Assembly (NCBI GenBank): GCA_051362555.1
Contig: CM120643.1
Coordinates: 25,610,848-25,674,847 of the forward strand
DNA length: 64,000 bases
Reading direction: 5' to 3'
From: Lingula anatina
Lineage: Eukaryota > Animalia > Brachiopoda
The notes beneath the pieces were generated by a model. It was given only the letters and a program-made list of their open reading frames with translations, was not told where the DNA came from and did not search any database. Position numbers and translations under genes: made by a program. Positions 50,480-64,000 of the stretch are shown here, piece after piece; position 1 is the stretch's first letter; each line of letters begins with the position of its first letter.

Positions 50480-51690
50480 ATGATTGTATGAAAGCTGAAA
50501 AAACACCTGTGCTGAACTGGAGCAGATGAAACTGAATGGATCATAAAATGGACATTCCAGAGAAAAACTGTCGTATCCTTAAAAAAACGACGATTATGAC
50601 ATATAAACTTAAAAGTGCATGGCTTTTTACATTTTTGAGATTTGACAAAACATGATGAAGTTTATTTGGTACAAAGCTGAGTCATTGTGGATATACTCTT
50701 TTCACACATACTGTATCATTAAAGATGTGCTGGCATCCATTTGGTATGTGTGAGGGTTGCCTTCTAGAGTTTCTCAGTGGAAAATGGAAAATCTACACGA
50801 GAAAAATTATTTTGATTGCAGATTTATTATAAATATCTGATTGAAAATTGAATAAATACACCTTTTGCTTTGAAGACGGCAGTTGAGTTATTTATTTGAG
50901 TCCAACATTGCTCACTGACAATAAATCCATCTTTGGCATTACCCCTTAATTCAGTTGTTGTTGTTTTTTTTTGATTGAGGAGATCAAGTCTCCTATGATG
51001 CCACTTGAATGTAATGATTAAGAGATCAGCAAAAAGTTTGTTTGAGAATATAATTTAAGTGGTTTCATATTAATTTTATATGTACATAGTAACACTCCTA
51101 AAATAACCTCAGCTGGCATTGTACAGTATTTGAATGGGCTTTAAGTTTCTTATAAAGTTACTTATGTTATTACCAGATTAACTAAATTGCAACATTTTTT
51201 ACTTGAATAGTTGAGGCATTACTTATTACTAATTATGGTGGTTTTTGACACAGGGCCAAGCATTCTCTTCGTCAGACTCTAGACTTTCTGAGTTTATTTG
51301 TTTTACTTCTTGCACTCTTGAGGCTGGAAAAGTTTTGCAATTAAAGAACCCCTTTGCCCACTCCAATGTTTATCTAGTTTTTTTTTTAATTTACTGACCT
51401 AGCTTTCACCACTTAGCCACGTATTGTATTCCATAGATTTTCTCTCAAAGAGAAACTGTCCTAGAACGGTACTGTACATGTACTGCCTTATATTGAGTTC
51501 AGGACTCTCACATAAATTTTCCTAGAATGCCTCCTCCCTTGTATTTGATCAAAGTCGTCGCATAAGTGAGTTTTCAAAAACACAGAAAAATAAAATGTTT
51601 GCAAATGTGGATGACAAACTGCGTAAGTACCCTCCATAACTTTTAGTAATAATTAAGGGCTTACAATGCAGCACTGTAAGTAATGTTTAA

Positions 51691-51911
51691 GGGTGCTTTC
51701 CCAGAGGTTTAGATCGATCTAAAGATTAAGTTTTAGATCGACCTAACTCCCTGGGGGTTCAGGCTAAATTGCAGTCAGCCGAGCGGACACCATAGTTACA
51801 GCTTACAGCTTTTAGTAGGCGGGACAGACGCTTAAGCCAGCCAAGCTGACAGTAATCTAGTGAGACTCCCCACAGGGATAGATCGATCTAAAAATCTATG
51901 GAAATGGGGTG
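51691..51911 (+). mobile_element. Hairpin MITE (TAA flanks); reverse copy at ~56392-56590 in a PSMA7 intron
   Basis: The body GCTTACAGCTTTTAGTAGGCGGGACAGACGCTTAAGCC is the reverse complement of 56461-56500. Confidence 0.7.
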
Positions 51912-52440
51912 TAAGTGATATTCAGATTTTCGGCTCTGTGAAAAAGCAGTTATCTAATTTGTTTAAAAAGGCAAACGTTTCAGCATAACCCAATAAAACA
52001 TAAATGTCCAGCATATTGAATCGAAGTAACAACACCTGCTTCCTTACCTTTACTAGCATGAAATATAATTATTGCACAAGTGCCCCATGCTTTCCCTTTC
52101 ACGCGTGTCAGAAAGACAACAGACGGCGCTAACCAAGAAAAGCTATTAATTTAATGCTCCAAATAAAATCCATCCATAAAATCCATATCCTGAATCCTGC
52201 AGAGATACCTTGCATTTACAAATATGTAAAAAAAACCTCGCTGAATTATTATTTTGTCTACTTTAATGTAATATATCGGCAATTTGCTTTATTCTGATAG
52301 ATTTGACGTTAAAACATCTTGGAAAATGCAAATCTCGCTAAATCTCACAAAAGACGAGATTGTATTTTGGTGACTGACATTTTGAAAGGTGGAAACTGTA
52401 AGTTTGCAAGTTTGAGGTGGGCGTGTGTCAAGGCACAGCG

Positions 52441-54238
52441 ATGGAAAACACTTTTGAAAAAATTGGTGCATCTTTCACTAACACCTACTTCAACATGTTT
52501 GACACTTCAAGAGAAAGTGTCGGCCAGTTTTACCTTGTGAGTATATTGAAGCTGAGGTACACTGTTTTAACGAGCAGTAAAATCGAGAATCTGTACAATG
52601 TACCGGTAGGGTGGTAGGTGTCGTAACATACACAAATAAACTTTAATATGTTAACATTTTCACATAATGTGACAGTGATAGATAGTAAAAGATATCAAGA
52701 ACCATCATGAACCAGGCAGTTGTGATTCTAGCACAAAATTCAGCATTTTCCTCCCTGTAACTCAAATTTTAAGCGTTAATCAAAATTAAGGTATTTGTAT
52801 AAATTACCAAAATGAATAAAGTTTCATTTGACAATAGCTATAGGAAAGAAAATTAACTTGTATTTACTAGTTAATCAGTATTTTATCTGCTGGTATCCAG
52901 GCTTCATCAGGGTAACAAGGGCAGTGATAGGTTGTATTTTTTACTTATTGTGGAAGATAAATTTTACATTTACCATATTTTAACCCTCAATGAAATAATG
53001 TTAATAAATAAAAAAATGAAGAAATTAAGACACATAAACCAAACCTTTACATTTACCATGCTGTCTCTTTAGCCAAATGCAATGCTGACCTTTGAAGGTG
53101 ACCAGGTCCAAGGACCTGAGGCAATTGTTGCAAAATTCAAGGTAAAATACTTAGATTTAACTTTTAAAATATGAGGAATGGTTTAAACAAATCCCGTGGA
53201 CATGTGCAGTGATATGGTGCTTTCTTTACAGTACTAGTGTTTTTATTGGTAATGTAAAGGTCTAACCAACATTGTTTGTCTTTCAGAACACCACTTAGTT
53301 AAAAAAAGGGTCTCTATCAATAATAATAATAATAATGAAATTATGAATTAAAGGCAATAAAATATAAGAAATTAAAGCAGCACTAAACCTCATCCTTATA
53401 ATTTGCTAATGTATGTTGTCACATTTTTTGTTTCAGTCATTGACTTTTCAGAAGGTTCAGCATGTAATTACAACAACAGACACTCAGCCCACCACTGAAG
53501 GTGGTGTCATTATCTTAGTTGTAGGACAATTAAAAGTAAGTGGGTTCTTTTTATTACCCCCACCTTTCCTTCCTCCCCAGTATGGAGGGGCTTTGTAGTC
53601 GTCATCTTTAACAGTAATAGTTCAGTGCCATTAAAATCTTGCTCCTTTGTTTAAAAAATGTGAGAGCTCCTGCACAGCTGCAGGTTCAACAACTGGTCTT
53701 CATTTTACAATTTTTGAGGTCTTTGCTTTCATGGGTTAGCACATTTTACACAGGGCTTGACACTAACTTTTTTCGATACTGGCCCAAGATATTGGTAAAT
53801 GTTGCAAGGATGATTTGACACATGACACTTGACTTGCTCTTTGGGCCAGTAACCCCAGTGATTCAATGGTCCTAGGTTGGTTTTCAGTGGCCCAGGGCCA
53901 GTGGGCCACCTTTAATGTCAAGCCCTGTTACGTATCATAGTTGTTAATAGGAGTGCGCAAGCAAGATCATTTATAGAACCATGACCAGTCATTAAAAACT
54001 TAAATGCCTTCATTGATACAGTGGGGTACCATAATAATGATATTAGTCCTAGAATACATAACTGTACACACCTAGTAAAGTTGGCTTTGTTTTATCAAAT
54101 TAAATGTAAATTTATCTTTTATTTCAGACTGATGATGACCCTCCAAATGCGTTTATCCGAACATTTTGTCTGAAGCCAGTAAATGGAAGTTTTGCAGTGT
54201 TTCATGATATATTTCGACTAGGCTTGCACAACTTATGA
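52441..54238 (+). CDS. NUTF2: Nuclear transport factor 2, canonical-length copy C (124 aa, no leader)
   Basis: Exons 52441-52536, 53073-53141, 53437-53535, 54128-54238: MENTFEKIGASFTNTYFNMFDTSRESVGQFYLPNAMLTFEGDQVQGPEAIVAKFKSLTFQKVQHVITTTDTQPTTEGGVIILVVGQLKTDDDPPNAFIRTFCLKPVNGSFAVFHDIFRLGLHNL*; an in-frame TAA lies upstream at 52399. Confidence 0.92.
53751..53927. mobile_element. Short TIR element CAGGGCTTGACA...TGTCAAGCCCTG
   Basis: 12-bp perfect terminal inverted repeat in intron 3 of NTF2-C. Confidence 0.7.
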
Positions 54239-55778
54239 TTTTCATAAAAGACGGTGTGACAGCTGAAAAATGAAAAACCTGTGCTGAACTGGAGCAGATG
54301 AAACAGAACTTGAGCTAGTCTGAGTGGCACATGAAGTGGACATTCTAGAGCAAAGCTGTTGTATCTTGAAGGAAGAAGATCGAGAAGTTTAGGTCTTGGC
54401 ATAGCTTTTTTTACCCGTTTTTGAGACTTGATATAAATCCATCTTGGGCATTACCCCTTTTGTTGTTGTATTCCTGACAGAGATTGTTACGTGATGCTTT
54501 TGGAATGTAGTGATTAAGAGACGAGCAAATTGTTTCTGTTCGGGAACATAATTTAAGTGGTTTCATGTTGGTAAGGGGAATGGATTACTGAACAGTGTGT
54601 CCAAAGTTTTCATTTTACGTCATTATGTAAATGATTCCAACATCTGTAAATAATGGCCTCGCTATCATTGTAGCTTTGACACACAAAATTATTACCAAAT
54701 TCAATGTGTTGGTCCTATTTAGTCCTACTCATTTGTATGCTACGTTTGCTGACTAGTAATGTGTAGCCAAATGCGTTTGCTAGTAATACATTTATAAATG
54801 CTACATTTTTTTAGCCTTTTTGATTTATACTTGGATTAGATCCACATGAAGGGCCTTGTCACCTTGAAATTCAAGATGGGTTCTTTCCTTGTTTTTATAT
54901 TAAATCATCATGCCATAAGTAACCAAGTGTAGTTAATATAATAATGTTCCTGATGACCTTGTGCAAGCATGCAAGCTTAACCCCTGTCTTCGGTTTTAAA
55001 AACAAAATGCACAGATGAAATAAATGCGTCTTTGTTTTATAAGAAAATGTTTTCTGTTTATGTGTGTGAATGGCAAAAATGGAGCACTTAATTAAGGTAA
55101 TTTAAGCCCCCCATCACAAGCCTAATCCCTTTCTGTTCAGATCTACATCTCGTGCCAAACAACAGCACGGACAGAAACTGTTATTAAAATGTATGCAGAC
55201 ACATACAGTATCTGCACGTAATAAAAAGATAAATTCAGACAATTCTTTCAAAAAAATTTTATCTTACATTTACATTACAAATTATCCAACCAACAATTTG
55301 ACAATTTACTTCTTTGACCTGCTGCAGTAAATTGCTTCCCAATGGAAATATTTCAGTTCAGTAACTGTTCCTTTTAGTCCAAACTTTCGTTTTAGTTCCA
55401 CTGTTATCATAGCAGAAAACTTCCCACGCTGTTAATGCAATTACTTGGGCCATCATCCTCCTACAGCCAACAGTTCATATATATCCTTTATCAATGTGTC
55501 CTTTCTTTTGAATAATAAGAACATTGTAATTTCAAGTTTTAGTGTGAAATGTTAATATTTCTCTTATTTTTATGTGCTGTTCAGAATCCAGATCCTGGTG
55601 TACAATATTTCCATTAATTTTTCTCTTGAAAATGAATCTAAGCAAATACCACAAGCATTCCACAAGATTCCGATCATCCTCGACTTTCTGTTGTTGTATT
55701 GCCAATGGATGTCTCAGAAATTCTCAGCTAGGTATTTCCATGAGATCAGATTTGTCTTTAGAAACCTATACTCAAATG

Positions 55779-59471
<3,693 letters not shown>

Positions 59472-62400
59472 ATGTCGTTGGCATTTGTTCCCCAGCATCA
59501 AAGGGCAGGAAAGCCAACCCCGAATCCTGCAACAATTCAGAAGGTATGTTCATTTAACATGTGGAACAAAGGTTTTGTTCAACAGAGAGATGTGACCTGG
59601 ATTGCATTGAGAACACATGTCATTCACTAACATAGACTGTTTTTCCGTTTTCCGACTGTTTTATTGAATCTGCCCTTTTGTTGATCATACAGATTTGACT
59701 CTAGAACGGCATTGATTTAAAATCAAATATATAATTTAAAATTGGCCCGATTGACAGAGAGATTTGTGAAGTTATGGGCTACTTTCTACTTTCTAGTTAG
59801 TCCTAGTTTTCCATTTGTTTTTAGTTTTTGATTCACTTTCCACTCTCGTATACTATTTATATCTACATTTTAATTATAAGGATAATTCAGTATAATGGCG
59901 AAATAAACAAGAAGGACTAGAAACTCATAATTTGGCCAAGTCAAACCGATTATACAAGTTTTTTATCATGTAAGGCATACTTTTCAGTAGTATATATTCT
60001 GCATGTACATGTAGTTTGTGTGAGATGTCAGCTGGATCTGTGTGCAATCACGCTCGGCTGTCACCTTGATTGGATAGTAAACGATTGTCGTATAATTACT
60101 AAATGATATAGAAATCGGGTGCATAAACTTGAAAACCACCTAGGACAACCTTGGACTGCCACATTTATCCAATACAATGCAAAAATAAACTATAACAAGT
60201 GGTTAAAGCCTTCAAACCGAATGTCGTAAAGTCCCCATATACCTCCATAGAGACAATAAAATAGAATGAGCTTGTGAAACAAAACTGAACCATTTTCAAC
60301 ATAATAATCGAAATAAAATACTGCCGGGCATCGGAGCGGCCTAAAACTTGGCACGCTTACCGCAAATACTGCAGGCTACATCATCCCGTCGCTCGTTTGT
60401 AAATTCCGTGCATGGCATATGCTGTAAATCAAAATTCCACCTCTGATGTTTAAGTTGGCCCTCTCAACAATCCAATTCAGGAAATGACGTAACCGCAGAG
60501 GTCGCATTGTCCAATGGCATGGCTTCTTTTTCGTAATGGTAAGTTAGAGAGGACCAACTTAAACATCAGAGGTGGAATTTTGATTTACAGCGTATGCCAT
60601 GCACGGAATTTACAAACGAGTGACGGGATGATGTAGCCTGCAGTATTTGCGGTAAGTGTGCCAAGTTTTAGGCCGCTCCGATGCCCGGCAGTATTTTATT
60701 TCGATTATTATGTTGAAAATGGTCCAGTTTTGTTTCACAAGCTCATTCTATTTTATTGTCTCTATGGAGGTATATGGGGACTTTACGACATTCGGTTTGA
60801 AGGCTTTAACCACTTGTTATAGTTTATTTTTGCATTGTATTGGATTAATGTGGTAGTCCAAGGTTGTCCTAGGTGGTTTTCAAGTTTATGCACCCGGTTT
60901 TAATATCATTTAGCGATTTTATGACAATCGTTTACTATCCAATCAAGGTGACAGCCGAGCGTGTGTGCAATCTCCTTTTCTTTATAGATGCTAGATGAAA
61001 ACAACCAGTTAATCCAAGCCATAATTGACTACCAGAATAAAGGGAAGGCAGCAGAATGTGTGCAGTAAGTAAATATTCAGATTTATGGGCTGAAAGTTTT
61101 GCATCGGCAAAATTTTTTCGGTATTCTCTTTCTTATATTTTAACTTCATCTGAGTAAGGAAAATTTTGATTTTTGACACTCTTTCAAATAGAAGAAACAC
61201 ATATATTGCTGTGAAAGTTGTTTGCTGTTTAACATACTTCCAGGTACCAACAAATGCTCCACAGAAACCTGGTCTACCTTGCCACAATAGCAGACTCCAA
61301 CCAAAATGTCCAGGCTCTTTTACCAGTAAGTGACATGATTTTAAAACTTAAGGTTTAGGTAAAATAGACATACCCCTAGTAATATATCTCATAGCAAAAG
61401 TTAATGATGAAAATTTTCAAGGCAGCATTCACAACTGTATTAGCTTACAGCTTAGCCCCCCTGCCCTTAAAAGAAAAAAGTCAAAACTGATACCACCATA
61501 TGGACAACTTCTTTTCCCCTTTAATTTTATTGATCATGATAGTTCTTAACGTATTATGCAACTAATTCAGGCTCCAGGCCAGGCCAACAATCCACAGATG
61601 AGAATGCCAGGCAATCAGATGCAGCAAGGCATGATGGACAGTAAGTATGGAGATATGGTGAAAACGCTTAATTTAACTGGAATTAATAAGCACCTGACAT
61701 TCTTGGATAACTGGTTAAATTGTATGTTGTTGAATGGGTTAGGTGCAAAAAATTCATTCCATCTTTTCTGTGTTGTTATATTTTAATTGTATCAGTATAC
61801 AAGTCTGTGACGATAGAAAATACCCTTTTTCCCCTCCACCTAAGATAAGCGCTATTAAAAAGGGTGAAAGTGGTAAAAACATTCCTAAAATGATATTCAA
61901 AATAATGAGTTTGCTAGTCTGTTGGTACTTTACCAATATTTCTTTGACTTTAACCTCATACAATGTAGGTTCTGTGCAAAGGGGCCAGATGCCAATGGGA
62001 AATCAGATGAGACCAAACCAACCAATGGTAGGGCAGCCAGGATTTAATCGCCCTATGGGAGGTCAACCGAATATCATGCCACAAGGTAACGGAGGAGGTA
62101 AATTGCTTTTTTCTTTTCAGTTGGTTAATTTTTTTTTTCTTTTGTTCAGTTTGTTAGGAGGCGCGGGTTACTAATTTCTAATGCGTTAAACAGTACACTT
62201 GTTTATGATGTGACTTCATTTGTTTTCATCAGTTTTTGTGTGTAGACTTAGGTAGTGGGCACAGGAGCTTTACATTATCGTTTTGTAGCAATAACTGTAT
62301 TCCTCTTACTACATCCAATCTTCATAGTTCACTGGAATTAACTTTGTTCTTTCATTAATGTAAGTTTCATTCTAAATAAAAAATTATGATGAAAATGGGG

Positions 62401-64000
62401 GAGCAAACTGCTAACTCAGCCTAAGTCTCACTGTTACATTGTCCATTATATCATATTTATTTAACCCTTCTATCATGGATGTGTTTTAATGGTTGAGATG
62501 AGATCATCAAGGGGCTATCCATGTAGAAGTAGCACTAGTAGAATAAATCCACCAGACCCCAAATATGTTTTAGGCAAAATTCAGCCTGTGCAATCAAAGG
62601 CAAAGAATTTTACCACATCTCCAGGTATGATGGCAGGTGGTCAGATGCCACAACAAGGGGGGATGCAGGGCGGTTCTTACGGTAACATGGGCCCACAGCA
62701 GCAGCCGCAACCACAACCGCAAGGGGGTTACCAGCAACAGCCTGTGATGTCACAGCAGCAACGTATGATGTCACAACAGATGGGACAGCAGTCTATGATG
62801 TCACAAGGTGGAAATCCCATGATGATGTCACAGAGCAGCCAAAATAACCAGATGATGAGTCAGAGAGGAGCAATGCCCCCACCAAGTGGTCCGTATAACC
62901 AAGGTAAGGCCACAGAAAAAATATTTTTGTTTCTCAGGATTTTTTTTGGCTCTGAAAGAGTTTAACTGCTATTAGAAGCAGGTGTCTTTTTTGTGCAAAA
63001 AAATTATGACAGGATCCTGAGAAACAGTACTGTTTTATTTCTTGGCCTAAACTTTGTTGATGTGAGATATTATTTGCTTACTTTTTGTTGACATAATTAC
63101 TTCCAGGTACCATGTCTTCAGTACTGATTTTACCAATATTTCTTTGACTTTAACCTTATACAATCTAGGTTCTGTGCAAAGGGGCCAAATGCCAATGGGA
63201 AATCAGATGAGACTAAACCATGCATTTATCGCTATAAAATGTTTATATTATGTAAAGGTGCTTTTTGAAAGTGACTATATTGAAGTATGTGTATATAATT
63301 TTATTTGTATTAAACTGAATACAAAAGACAGATATCTAGGTTTGCTTGACCTTTTACCTTGTAAAAAATCTAAAGGTGAATTAGTGTATGTAACAAACAA
63401 CCTTCTAAATCTGATCTGTATCTCATATAGGAAGTGATAGAAACATAAAGCAATTACCCTGATTAAAATTAGAAATATTGATTAACAGTTGAGTTAGTAT
63501 ATTAAAAAAGTAAAAGTAAGCTAGACTATAGTATTGGCTTTGTTTTTTAAGGTCAAAATTTCGGACAGCAGCAATCTCAGCAAGGATTTCAGCAGCAGCC
63601 CCAGCAACAGTTTGGTAATCAACAATTCAACCAGCAGCAACAACAGCAAGGTTTTCCACAACAACAGCAACACCAGGGGAACTTTTCACAGCAGAACATG
63701 CCACAGAATCAATTTGGAGGCTACCAACAACAGCAGCAGCAACAGCAACCACAACAACAGCAGAGGGGGTTTGGTATGGGATTTCGACAGCAAGGACCAA
63801 TGGGGAACCCTCAGATGGGCAGCCCCCAGATGCAAATGGGTCAAGGTCAAATGGGTGGAAGTCAAATGAACCAAGGCCAAATGGGAGGTCAGATGAGTTC
63901 AATGTCCCAAGGTCAGATGGGAGGTCAGATCTCGCAGATGGGAGGGGGCCAGATGAGTCAGTCTCAGATGGGAGGATCCATGGGAGGACAGATGGGAAAC
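59472..64000 (+). CDS. SS18: SS18/SS18L1 (SYT/CREST) BAF-complex subunit: SNH domain plus Q/P/G/M-rich tail; 3' end beyond the window
   Basis: Exons 59472-59543 (MSLAFVPQHQRAGKPTPNPATIQK), 60988-61064 (MLDENNQLIQAIIDYQNKG..ECV), 61244-61325 (YQQMLHRNLVYLATIADSNQN), 61571-61640, 61969-62085/62097, 62625-62903, 63552->64000. Confidence 0.95.
60049..60963. mobile_element. 915-bp foldback element (~415-bp arms), 8-bp TSD TGTGCAAT
   Basis: CACGCTCGGCTGTCACC...GGTGACAGCCGAGCGTG; arms are near-identical; TSD at 60041-60048 and 60964-60971. Confidence 0.93.
63128..63220 (+). pseudogene. Partial duplicate of an SS18 exon (acceptor plus first ~50 nt)
   Basis: TTTACCAATATTTCTTTGACTTTAACC...TAG|GTTCTGTGCAAAGGGGCCAAATGCCAATGGGAAATCAGATGAGA nearly identical to 61928-62020; the matching donor is absent. 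Confidence 0.75.

Noticed and set aside
52870-52915. Third hammerhead-like motif on the minus strand (CTGATGAAGCCTGGATACCAG..)
   Set aside because: The GAAA core and stems I/III are not recognisable; too degenerate to call.
60656-60856. 66-aa ORF in SS18 intron 1
   Set aside because: It lies within one arm of the foldback element; no coding hallmarks.

Overview
AT-rich, intron-rich eukaryotic (metazoan invertebrate) genomic DNA; a lophotrochozoan/mollusc-like origin is only my inference from the repeat types. Gene order from manual exon assembly: PNKP (+, 4801-21025, 15 coding exons, two intronic tRNA-Pro genes); a two-exon gene on the minus strand (22238-25693), only half visible in the ORF track, encoding a ~145-aa signal-peptide + EGF-like protein; mitochondrial PheRS FARS2 (-, 27961-31902); a 5'-truncated LINE; three tandem NTF2/NUTF2 paralogs (+); a PSMA7 exon-1 relic; intact PSMA7 (-, 55779-59143) head-to-head with SS18/SS18L1 (+, from 59472, runs off the window). 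Many MITEs and foldback elements have readable TSDs. Most notable: (1) two of the three NTF2 copies appear to have lost the ancestral ATG and gained an N-terminal signal-peptide-like leader, partly built from sequence that is 5'UTR in the third copy; (2) the hidden secreted EGF-like gene; (3) a 55-bp minisatellite that multiplies a FARS2 splice acceptor nine times; (4) a non-autonomous TIR element carrying a RecQ-helicase fragment, plus two minimal hammerhead-ribozyme-like motifs. All calls were made by eye without database searches.
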